A DNA stretch of 32,839 bases, taken from Candidatus Gastranaerophilales bacterium. GTDB lineage: Bacteria > Cyanobacteriota > Vampirovibrionia > Gastranaerophilales > Gastranaerophilaceae. The position numbers and the translations under genes are program-made. This document shows, piece by piece, positions 18,825 through 27,683 of this stretch. The notes beneath the pieces were generated by a model, which worked only from the letters and a program-made list of their open reading frames with translations, searched no databases and was not told the origin of the DNA. How positions within the stretch are numbered: position 1 is the first letter of the stretch; the number at the start of each line of letters is the position of its first letter. The stretch is taken from contig CALUVK010000001.1 in assembly GCA_944324205.1 (NCBI GenBank), positions 1 through 32,839 of the forward strand. Direction: 5' to 3'.

Positions 18825-20492
18825 ATGAATGAAACATTACTTGAGACAATTAAACTTGTTCCAAACCAACCAGGGTGCTACATATACTATGATAAAGACG
18901 GTATTGTTATATATGTAGGAAAAGCAAAAAATTTAAAAAGGCGGGTATATAGTTATTTTCATAAACACCATGAAAGTGTAAAAACAAATGTTCTGGTCTC
19001 ACAAATTGAAAAATTGGAATATATAATTACGGATTCAGAAGTCGAAGCACTGATTTTAGAGTCGCATCTTATTAAAAAATATAAACCAAGATATAATATT
19101 TTACTCAAAGATGACAAAAAATATCCTTATTTTCTGATAACAGATGAAGATTTTCCGCGTATTCAGGTGGTCAGAAAAAAGAATTTAAACCCCGATAAAG
19201 GACGTTTTTACGGTCCTTATACCGATGTTGGTGCAATGTATTCCACTCTTGATTTTTTAAAAAGACTTTTTCCGCTGAAACAGTGTAAAACTCCTAAATT
19301 TTCAAATCGTCCCTGTCTTTATTATCATATAGGCAAATGTCTTGCCCCCTGTCAAGGCAAAGTTACTCCCGAAGAGTATCAAAAACTGATACATCAGGTA
19401 GAATTATTTTTGAGCGGTAAACAGACTGAACTTTTAAAACAAATTCAAGTTCAAATGCAGAAATATGCTGAAACAGAGCAGTTTGAAAAAGCTGCCAAAA
19501 TGCGTGACAGCTATCTGGATTTGCAGAAAACGCTTGAGCGGCAAAAAGTAGTTTATGAAAATACAAAACTCAATGAAGATATTATCTCTGTTCTTTATGA
19601 GGATGGTATTTTAGCTATAGTAATAATGATGATAAGAGAAGGAAGGCTTATTGACAAGAAAGATTTCTCATATTTTGTTGATAATGTTGATAAAACAGAA
19701 TATTTTGAAACATTCTTCAGAGAATATTATACAAATCTGAAACTCGAATATCCTGATAAAATTATCTCACCTGATTTAGAAGAAGTTGGTGAAAAAGAGC
19801 TTTATCAGGACTGGTTAAAAATAATATCCGGTAAAAAGATTACAATAAGCTATGGACGGGGTAAATATAAAGAGCTTGCGGAGCTTGCACGAAAAAATGC
19901 CCAAAACCTTCTTGAAAATGCCAGATTAAAAAAGATGGCACAAATAAGAGATGATTTTAATGAAGTAGGTTCATATCTCGCTGAAAAACTCCGTCTTACA
20001 AACTTTCCAAACAGAATTGAATGTTATGATATTTCACACATTCAAGGTACGAATACAGTTGCATCTATGGTTGTTTTCCAAAACGGTTTGCCTAAAAAAT
20101 CCGCATATCGCAAATTTAAAATTAAGACAACTGAAGGAAAACCGGATGATTTCCTTTCAATGAAAGAAGTTTTATCCCGCAGGCTTGCCAGATTGGGTCA
20201 GAAGAACTGGGAAAAGCCTGATTTAATTATAATTGACGGAGGCAAGGGCCAGCTTTCCAGCGTCATGCAGATTGTGGAAGAGATGGGGGTAAAAGTCGGA
20301 AAAGACGGAATTGATTTTGTATCTTTAGCCAAACGGGAGGAAGAAGTTTTTCTTCCAAATCAATCCCAATCAATTTTGCTTCCCAGAAATTCCAATGCCC
20401 TTTATTTAATTCAGAGAATCAGAGACGAAGCCCACAGGTTTGCAATAACATTCCACAGGGACTTACGCTCTAAGGATATTAAAAAGAAATAA
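18825..20492 (+). CDS. uvrC: Excinuclease ABC subunit C (no C-terminal HhH domain seen)
   Basis: GIY-YIG (PGCY...IYVGKAKNL), Cys cluster, UVR (EQFEKAAKMRD), RNase H-like (IECYDISH, DGGKGQ, RDEAHRFA). Confidence 0.96.
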   Translation: MNETLLETIKLVPNQPGCYIYYDKDGIVIYVGKAKNLKRRVYSYFHKHHESVKTNVLVSQIEKLEYIITDSEVEALILESHLIKKYKPRYNILLKDDKKYPYFLITDEDFPRIQVVRKKNLNPDKGRFYGPYTDVGAMYSTLDFLKRLFPLKQCKTPKFSNRPCLYYHIGKCLAPCQGKVTPEEYQKLIHQVELFLSGKQTELLKQIQVQMQKYAETEQFEKAAKMRDSYLDLQKTLERQKVVYENTKLNEDIISVLYEDGILAIVIMMIREGRLIDKKDFSYFVDNVDKTEYFETFFREYYTNLKLEYPDKIISPDLEEVGEKELYQDWLKIISGKKITISYGRGKYKELAELARKNAQNLLENARLKKMAQIRDDFNEVGSYLAEKLRLTNFPNRIECYDISHIQGTNTVASMVVFQNGLPKKSAYRKFKIKTTEGKPDDFLSMKEVLSRRLARLGQKNWEKPDLIIIDGGKGQLSSVMQIVEEMGVKVGKDGIDFVSLAKREEEVFLPNQSQSILLPRNSNALYLIQRIRDEAHRFAITFHRDLRSKDIKKK

Positions 20493-20608
20493 GAATTTAA
20501 TAACTGACCTAAATATAAGGATGATTTAGGTTAACGTCAGAGTCTTTTCTTATTGGTACATAACTAAATTTTGGATTTAGCAAGGAATATATTAAAATAA
20601 AAAAGTTT

Positions 20609-20968
20609 TTAAGCATAATAGTCTAACCTCTTATTATTTTGTAATCTTTCGGCTTGTGCTTTGACAGATTTTGCCTGACTTGCAACTTTATAATCCTGGC
20701 TTGAAGGATCTGCAGGAGCCAGAGCAGAATCAATCACTGTATTAGCATTATCAATGGTTTTTTGCGGATTTTTAGGATTTAATCTTGGCATACTAATAGA
20801 AACATGACCGCCTATTGGAATACCGTCTTTCCATTCAATAACAATTGGTCCGGTTAATAATCCGCCTGCTGCTTTATGAGCACGCTCATGAGCATATATC
20901 TCTGATAAATTCTTTCTGATTAATGCTTGTTGTTGGTTCTTAAAAGCCGGAATATTCATGAAATTCAT
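20609..20968 (-). CDS. SprA-related / putative metalloprotease family small protein
   Basis: AHERAH...GGHV.I...ALAPADPSSQD..VA pattern; RBS AAGGGGG favours ATG 20968. Confidence 0.72.
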   Translation of the reverse strand: MNFMNIPAFKNQQQALIRKNLSEIYAHERAHKAAGGLLTGPIVIEWKDGIPIGGHVSISMPRLNPKNPQKTIDNANTVIDSALAPADPSSQDYKVASQAKSVKAQAERLQNNKRLDYYA

Positions 20969-21142
20969 ACACATTCCCCCTTGGAATTTTTATTATACTC
21001 TTTTTTGTTAAAACGTCAAGAGGAAAATTGAAAAAACGAATTATTTTTAAAAAAAGTTTTTTTATTTGCATGAACGATTTTTAAAAATTTCTTGCAATAG
21101 CTCCAAACTTACTTTAGAATAATAATATAAGGAGTTTTCATC

Positions 21143-21850
21143 ATGGCTGAAAAGAAAAGAATACTTATAGTAGACGATGATACTGAAATCAGGGATTTGC
21201 TGGAGTTTGATATATCATCAAGCGGTTATTTTGTAGATACGGCTTCAGACGGTCTGGAAGGATTAAATAAAGCGCTTAATAATACGTATGATCTTATACT
21301 TCTTGATGTCATGATGCCTAAAATGAACGGATTTGATGTGTGCAAAAATATCCGTCAGGCAAAAATTAATGTTCCAATTTTAATGCTTACAGCAAAAGGT
21401 ACGATTGGAGATAAAACCAGCGGATTTGACAGCGGGGCTGATGATTATTTGGTTAAACCGTTTGATGTACAAGAGGTATTGCTTCGCATACGTGTTCTTT
21501 TGCGCAGAAACCAGCCGATTGTTGAAAATTTTAATTCTACTGAAATTTTAGAAGCAGGAGAAATTGAAATTTTACCTGATACTTTAGAAGCGGTTATTTT
21601 AAACAAACATATTAAACTTACACCGACTGAATTTGAAATTTTATATTGTCTGATGCAGCATTTTAATAAACCGGTTACACTGGCAACACTTTTAGAAGAA
21701 GTCTGGGGATATAGCAGTGACGAAGATGTAAGGATGCTGAGAGTTCATGTAGGTGCTTTAAGAAATAAAATAGAGCCTGATGCAAAAAGTCCTAAATATC
21801 TCCATACAGTAACAAATGTCGGATATAAACTTACTCCGTTCGGTGAATAA
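21143..21850 (+). CDS. OmpR-family response regulator, RpaA-like
   Basis: REC (ILIVDDD, LDVMMP, GADDYLVKPF) plus winged helix (LTPTEFEIL, EVWGY, RVHV..LR.KIEPD). Confidence 0.93.
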   Translation: MAEKKRILIVDDDTEIRDLLEFDISSSGYFVDTASDGLEGLNKALNNTYDLILLDVMMPKMNGFDVCKNIRQAKINVPILMLTAKGTIGDKTSGFDSGADDYLVKPFDVQEVLLRIRVLLRRNQPIVENFNSTEILEAGEIEILPDTLEAVILNKHIKLTPTEFEILYCLMQHFNKPVTLATLLEEVWGYSSDEDVRMLRVHVGALRNKIEPDAKSPKYLHTVTNVGYKLTPFGE

Positions 21851-21865
21851 TTCTGAGGGATTAAT

Positions 21866-23533
21866 ATGGTACAGTTTTTTAGCAAAAGACGTCTTAAAAT
21901 TGCAGAACAAATAATTATTGTAATCTTTTTTGCAGTTTTAATTCCAATGACAGTGAGCGGAGTTATAATAAATAACATCAATCAGCAGTCAAATCGTGCG
22001 CAGTTACGTTCTGCCGCTGTAATGATTGCAAAAATAGTATCTGAGGAAATAGATGTTTTTACAAATTCTATAAATAATGAACTATCGCAGATTGCTGCAA
22101 CGCTTGAATATTATAATTCTCCTGAACAAGAACAACAATATCTTGATACTGTTATGAAGAATCTTTCTTTTTACAAAGAATTGGCTGTAGTAAAACAATC
22201 GGAGCTTCCTAGATATGAAGTATACAGTATTCAGGATGATTATGCGGTATTTGATAAACCTTTGAAAAATGGTAAATACTTAGTTGCAGTATTAGATGTT
22301 AATAATTTGCAGGAAAATCTTTTTAAAACACTTACGAACGATAAACGTCAAATTTATGTTCTTGTCGGCAAAGACCTCATTGCATCTATTAACTATACAG
22401 AAGACGGATATAAAAACAGTATAAAACAGCTTCCGGAAAAACTTCAGGAGAATGAACCTGTTATATATGGTGATACAAAGAATCAGCCGCTTGTTTACCT
22501 TAAAAAGACAGAGCCGGATGTTACAGTTATTGTTAATACAACTGAGTATGTAACCAAACATACTATTGACTATAACCGTGATAAAATAATACTTTCAATC
22601 ATTATAACAATGCTTACTGTATTTTTTGTTGTGGGATTATATACATATTACCTTTATATCAATATCCGTCAGCTTTTCAAGGCAATTATTGCAATATCAA
22701 AAGGAAACTACGAAAGAAGAATTAGGCTTTTGACTAATATTTTCACACCTTTTGAAATTGTTTTTCTCGGAAATGAGTTTAACAGAATGGTTAATCAGAT
22801 TCATAAATCTTATATTCAGCTTAAAAAGAAGAATAAAGAGCTTAAGCAGGTTAATGAATTTCGTTCAAATATGATTGATACAGTAAGTCATGAGTTCAGA
22901 ACTCCTCTTACAAGTATTCAGGGATATACTTCAAGGCTTTTAAGACAGGATATAGAAATAGATGAAGAAACCAGAATAAAATCACTTAAAACTATTAAAA
23001 GACAGGCAGAACGTTTGAAACGGATGATTGAAGATTTATTGGTTATTCCTGATATTGAAGGTGCACGGCTTAATTTTAATATGCAAAATATTCCGATAAA
23101 TTCTGTGATAGAGAGTGCTATTATGCTGGTAAAAAATGACAGCAGAAAAGAAATTGTAAATAATATTAAGGATTCTGTCATTGAAATTGTGGCGGATAGT
23201 GATAGAATTGAACAAGTCTTTGTAAATTTAATAGAAAATGCTATTAAATATTCTAAAGGTGATACGCCGGTTATTTTAGATTATGAAATACAAGAGGAAT
23301 ACTTAGTAGTCAGTGTAAAAAATGATTATGATGTTATTCCGCGTGAAAAACTGAAAACCCTTTTTGATAAATTTACCCGTGTTGATGATTCAACAACGAG
23401 AACAACCCGTGGTACAGGTTTGGGATTGTTTATTGTTAAAGGTCTTGTTGAAGCAATGGGCGGCGAAATAAGGCTTTATTCTAATGAAGAATGTGGTTTC
23501 TGCGTAAAAGTCTTTATGCCGATAGCAGCATAA
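21866..23533 (+). CDS. Membrane sensor histidine kinase (TM - periplasmic - TM - HAMP - HisKA - HATPase)
   Basis: Two TM segments, HAMP, SHEFRTPLTSI, NLIENAIKYS, GTGLGLFIV. Confidence 0.94.
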   Translation: MVQFFSKRRLKIAEQIIIVIFFAVLIPMTVSGVIINNINQQSNRAQLRSAAVMIAKIVSEEIDVFTNSINNELSQIAATLEYYNSPEQEQQYLDTVMKNLSFYKELAVVKQSELPRYEVYSIQDDYAVFDKPLKNGKYLVAVLDVNNLQENLFKTLTNDKRQIYVLVGKDLIASINYTEDGYKNSIKQLPEKLQENEPVIYGDTKNQPLVYLKKTEPDVTVIVNTTEYVTKHTIDYNRDKIILSIIITMLTVFFVVGLYTYYLYINIRQLFKAIIAISKGNYERRIRLLTNIFTPFEIVFLGNEFNRMVNQIHKSYIQLKKKNKELKQVNEFRSNMIDTVSHEFRTPLTSIQGYTSRLLRQDIEIDEETRIKSLKTIKRQAERLKRMIEDLLVIPDIEGARLNFNMQNIPINSVIESAIMLVKNDSRKEIVNNIKDSVIEIVADSDRIEQVFVNLIENAIKYSKGDTPVILDYEIQEEYLVVSVKNDYDVIPREKLKTLFDKFTRVDDSTTRTTRGTGLGLFIVKGLVEAMGGEIRLYSNEECGFCVKVFMPIAA

Positions 23534-23568
23534 GTATTATGTAGAAATGTAAACCTTTAGCTTTATTA

Positions 23569-23597
23569 TTGCGGTGCGTGATATTATGAGCTATAAT
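23569..23597 (+). promoter_or_regulatory. sigma70-type promoter for the flagellin gene
   Basis: TTGCGG (23569-74), 17-bp spacer, TATAAT (23592-97). Confidence 0.6.
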
Positions 23598-23599
23598 AT

Positions 23600-23739
23600 A
23601 TACAAAGGATATATGTATCATTCATGCGTGTGACGAAAAGTTATATGGATATTTTATATTGTCGCAGGCTCAAATGCCTGCTGTTATTGCCTTCTAGCCT
23701 CGGGGGAGCCTGATGATAACTGGAGGTTCGGATGATAAC
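23600..23739 (+). promoter_or_regulatory. Putative structured 5' UTR (alternative hairpins, anti-SD, GGA motifs)
   Basis: Pairings 23629-35/23660-66, 23664-69/23676-81, 23665-71/23706-12 and 23691-97/23720-26 (covers SD GGAGG); five GGA motifs. Confidence 0.45.
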
Positions 23740-26700
23740 CTTCGGTAGTGATTTGTCTGATTATATATTACAGCGTACACTTTCGGATAACACGCTTGGA
23801 TTGAATAACTCTATTTTGCAGATGACAAGCGGTTATAAAATCAATCATGCTAAAGATAATGCTGCAGGTTATTCAATATTAACGGATTTGAATACAAAAA
23901 TTAGTTCAATGCTTCAAGTTCAGCAGAATACCGAGGATGGGATTTCTCTTTTATCTATGGCAGAAGGCGGTTTGAATGAAATAGAGAGTTTGTTAGAACG
24001 CCTTAGAGAGCTTGCAATGCAGGCTTCAAACGGGATATATGATGAAATCTCCAGGGATGCAATGCAATTAGAGGCAGAAGGAATTATTGCTCAAATAGAG
24101 CAAATTCGTGACAATATTAAATATGATGGTAGGAATTTATATGAAACAACCAGTGCAACGACTTCATACAAAAAAGCTTTACAAATAAATGATACAATAT
24201 CCAATACATTTACGTCCACTGCGGCAGGTGCACGAAAGATGAGTGCGCCTGCTTCAGTTTCTCTTTTTTCTTCTGACATACAAGGCAGTATAGATATTGT
24301 TGCCGGTGGAACAGAAGTTGTTACGATTGATGGTGTTGAATACACTGTGACAAATAAGTTGAGTAATACTATTAATTCCCTGTCTTATTCTAAAAATACA
24401 TCTACCGGAGAAGTCACATTTCTGGGTTCTAATTTCAAAATACAAGCTTGTGACGGAGTTGAACATAATATAATTATTAACGGAAACAGTAATGGTGTTA
24501 CAGGTGGAAATTTAAACGATAAAATTCAGGATTCTACAAATAATAAACAAAATAATTTATCCGGCGGAGACGGAGACGATATAATTATTACTAAATCAAT
24601 AGGTGGTTCATCTATATATGGCGGTAATGGTAATGATACATTAACAGTAACGCGGGGGCAAAATAATGTTTGGGGCGGTGCCGGAGATGATATTATTCAT
24701 ATGGGCGGAAATAGTGCCGGAGTACGCGGTGAAGCCGGTAATGACACGATTTATGTAACAGGTACGGCTAATAATATTTATGGCGGTGATGGAGACGATT
24801 CTTTTAGTATATCTGGCAGTAATAATAAAATCTATGGTGACGCCGGAAATAATACTATTTTAGCTGATACAGGCAGTGGAAATATACGTGTAGATGTTGA
24901 TAAAGCTAATGCATATGCTGTAAACTTTACTACTGCCGGGGAAACAAAGACTGTAGAAATTAATGGTATAAATTATACTATTAAAAGCAGTAGTTCTAAT
25001 TCTACAATGATATATACAATAAATGATTCCGGTCAAATTAACTTCCGCTCAAATGGCTTTGTTATAAGAGGGGATATTAATAAAGCACATAATGTTCTTC
25101 TTTCCGGAGCAAATATAACTTTTTATGGCGGAAATCTGGCTGATACAATACAATCAAGCGGGCAATATAACTCATTATATGCCGGTGCCGGGAATGATAT
25201 AATTTATACAAGTTCCAGATGGTCATACGTATGGGGTGAAGATGGTGATGATACATTAACTCTGGCAGGGCAGGAAATTACTGCTGATGCCGGCAGTGGA
25301 AATGATATAATTAAATCTGCAGGAAATTATAACTCTATTTTGGCAGGGGATGGAGATGATATTGTTAACATCACAGGGGGCTCTTATGTTAGTGCCTATG
25401 GCGGGAGCGGCAATAATACCATAACTAATAAGGGAAAAAAGACACTCATTGCCGGATTTGGAAGCGCTGATAACAGTGAAGTTGTTACTCTGAGCGATAC
25501 ATCAGAGACTAAAAATGTTACAATCAATGGAATTAATTATACGGTAAAAAGTCGGCATAATTCAGGAAATACTTTGTTCTATTCAGTTAATGATGTAACA
25601 GGAAAAATTACTTTTGGCGGGAATCTAATGGAGATAAGGGGACAGGCAGATAAAGAACATAATATTGAAATTCAAGGCTGGGGAAATTATGTATATACGG
25701 GGAATTTGAATGATACTATAGAAAACTATGGTTCCGGAGCGTACGTTTATGCTTTGGGAGGCGATGATGAAATAAAGAGTGCCGGAATTGATACGCGTGT
25801 TTATGGCGGTGATGGTAATGATAATATTTCCGTTGATGCAGCATATAACTATGCAAGTGGTGAAAACGGAGATGATACGATTACAATAAATGCAACTTCG
25901 AGTTATGAAATACACAATGGCGGTAATGGTAACGATATTTATAATATTAATATTAATACTACTGTTCAAGATGGCGGCGGGGATAATATTTATAATATTA
26001 ATACTAATTATGCAACGGTTTCCGGTTCAACAGGGAACGATACTTTTTATGTAAATGGTAATAATAATACAGTACTTGGTGCCGGCGGTGATGATTATTT
26101 CATTATTGATGGAGATAATAATACTATAGACGGCGGGACTGATAATAACTTATATATAGATAACGGTCAAGGAACAACACTAACAAACGTAAACAGTGAT
26201 CCTAATACCGGAAGTTTGAGTTTTAGTTACCAAAATGAAGTGAAAACTTTTACACTCAATGGAAAAACCTATACAGTGACTAATAATTTGGCCGGCAATA
26301 ATACTCTTCAATATTCAATCAATCCAAATACCGGTGTAATTACAGTTAATGGTTCTGATTTAAAGATAGATGCTTCAGCCAATGAAGCTGCTATTTTAAA
26401 TATTCGGGGTAATAATAATGTGATAAATGGCAGCAATCTTGCTGATAGAATAACTGTTGAGCAGGGAAGCGGTAATATTATAAATGGTAATGCAGGAAAT
26501 GATATTTTAACCATGTCTTCGGCAGATAATAGTTTACAAGGCGGGGACGGGCAAGATACATTAAACTTGAATTCAAGCAGTACGATGGAAATTAATGGCG
26601 GTGCAGGTGATGATGTTATTAATGTAAACGGGAATAATAATACAAATATTATAGATACAGATGGTAATAATAGATTAATTTTGGGTGGAGATTCTAATGC

Positions 26701-27628
26701 CGCTGTTTTAGGTGATGGAAATAATGTGATAAATTCAAACGGAACTGATAATGAAGTAAAAGCCGGAGCCGGAAATAATAATATAACTTTAATTGGAGTT
26801 AACAACACCTTAACCGCCGGTAATGGTTCTAATAAAATTGGGATTGAAGGAGATGGAAATACATTAACTCTTGGTAATACTGTTGATGATGTAAATGTTT
26901 ACGGAAACAATAATTCAATTACAATTGAAAATGGAGAAAGCCATATAACTCTTAATGGTAATAGTAACAGATTTACAACTCTAAGCGGTGATAAATCGAT
27001 TGTTGTTCGGGGAAATTCAAACAGTATTCAGGGAGGAAGCGGAGCAGACGATATTCGTATTTCAGGTAATGCTAATGAAGCTGTGGGGGGTGATGGGGCA
27101 GATAGTTTTGTTGTATCCTCAGGTTCAGATAATATAATAGACGGAAGCGGCGGTGATAATACTTTGATGGATAATGGTGTAAACACTCAGAGTACTAATG
27201 TCTCTGTAATAAAAACATTCCCGTTTGAATTGAATGTAAAAGTAGATATTGGAAGCGGTTCTGATAAGTATATTACAACAAGCATAAGTTTTAATTTATA
27301 TGATTTTTCTGTAGATTTTACTGATTGTAATACGTCTTTAGAGAGCTTGAATCAAATAGATGATATGCTCAAAAATCTACGCAGTACTATTGTTGATATT
27401 GGAAGCAGTATAAATCGTCTGGAAAGTGTTCTGGAAGCACAAAATATAAAATTGGAAAATATGATATCTACCCGCAGTACTTTAAGAGATGCAGACATTG
27501 CGGAAATTTCTTCAAATTATATTCGTTATCAAATTTTACAACAGGCATCTTCTACTCTTTTAGCAGCTTCTCATAATATTCATGCGCAAAATGTTCTGGG
27601 ATTATTATCACAAGTAAATGTTGGATAA
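23732..27628 (+). CDS. Giant flagellin (1298 aa) with RTX-like repeat modules in the hypervariable region
   Basis: Flagellin N (SGYKINHAKDNAAG...AEGGLNEIESLLERLRELAMQASNG) and C (IGSSINRLE...STLRDADIAEISSNYIRYQILQQAS) domains; about 25 GGxGxDxhx-type motifs between them. Confidence 0.9.
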   Translation: MITFGSDLSDYILQRTLSDNTLGLNNSILQMTSGYKINHAKDNAAGYSILTDLNTKISSMLQVQQNTEDGISLLSMAEGGLNEIESLLERLRELAMQASNGIYDEISRDAMQLEAEGIIAQIEQIRDNIKYDGRNLYETTSATTSYKKALQINDTISNTFTSTAAGARKMSAPASVSLFSSDIQGSIDIVAGGTEVVTIDGVEYTVTNKLSNTINSLSYSKNTSTGEVTFLGSNFKIQACDGVEHNIIINGNSNGVTGGNLNDKIQDSTNNKQNNLSGGDGDDIIITKSIGGSSIYGGNGNDTLTVTRGQNNVWGGAGDDIIHMGGNSAGVRGEAGNDTIYVTGTANNIYGGDGDDSFSISGSNNKIYGDAGNNTILADTGSGNIRVDVDKANAYAVNFTTAGETKTVEINGINYTIKSSSSNSTMIYTINDSGQINFRSNGFVIRGDINKAHNVLLSGANITFYGGNLADTIQSSGQYNSLYAGAGNDIIYTSSRWSYVWGEDGDDTLTLAGQEITADAGSGNDIIKSAGNYNSILAGDGDDIVNITGGSYVSAYGGSGNNTITNKGKKTLIAGFGSADNSEVVTLSDTSETKNVTINGINYTVKSRHNSGNTLFYSVNDVTGKITFGGNLMEIRGQADKEHNIEIQGWGNYVYTGNLNDTIENYGSGAYVYALGGDDEIKSAGIDTRVYGGDGNDNISVDAAYNYASGENGDDTITINATSSYEIHNGGNGNDIYNININTTVQDGGGDNIYNINTNYATVSGSTGNDTFYVNGNNNTVLGAGGDDYFIIDGDNNTIDGGTDNNLYIDNGQGTTLTNVNSDPNTGSLSFSYQNEVKTFTLNGKTYTVTNNLAGNNTLQYSINPNTGVITVNGSDLKIDASANEAAILNIRGNNNVINGSNLADRITVEQGSGNIINGNAGNDILTMSSADNSLQGGDGQDTLNLNSSSTMEINGGAGDDVINVNGNNNTNIIDTDGNNRLILGGDSNAAVLGDGNNVINSNGTDNEVKAGAGNNNITLIGVNNTLTAGNGSNKIGIEGDGNTLTLGNTVDDVNVYGNNNSITIENGESHITLNGNSNRFTTLSGDKSIVVRGNSNSIQGGSGADDIRISGNANEAVGGDGADSFVVSSGSDNIIDGSGGDNTLMDNGVNTQSTNVSVIKTFPFELNVKVDIGSGSDKYITTSISFNLYDFSVDFTDCNTSLESLNQIDDMLKNLRSTIVDIGSSINRLESVLEAQNIKLENMISTRSTLRDADIAEISSNYIRYQILQQASSTLLAASHNIHAQNVLGLLSQVNVG

Positions 27629-27636
27629 ATATTAAC

Positions 27637-27664
27637 AAAAAAAAGTGCGCCATTGCTGACGCAC
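27637..27664 (-). terminator. Intrinsic terminator of rpsA
   Basis: Minus strand GTGCGTCA-GCAA-TGGCGCAC followed by T8. Confidence 0.85.
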
Positions 27665-27683
27665 GTGTTTACTATATAAAAAG

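Noticed and set aside
20505-20533. Hairpin TGACCTAAAT/ATTTAGGTTA after uvrC
   Set aside because: AT-rich stem without an adjacent U-tract; too weak to call a terminator or ncRNA.
23620-23731. Known c-di-GMP riboswitch upstream of flagellin
   Set aside because: Lacks the GGCAAA...GACGCAAA class I signature; kept only as an unclassified structured leader.
24091-26808. Antisense ORFs inside the flagellin gene (e.g. 26308..26808, 166 aa)
   Set aside because: Expected by-product of the Gly/Asn/Asp repeat codon bias on the sense strand.
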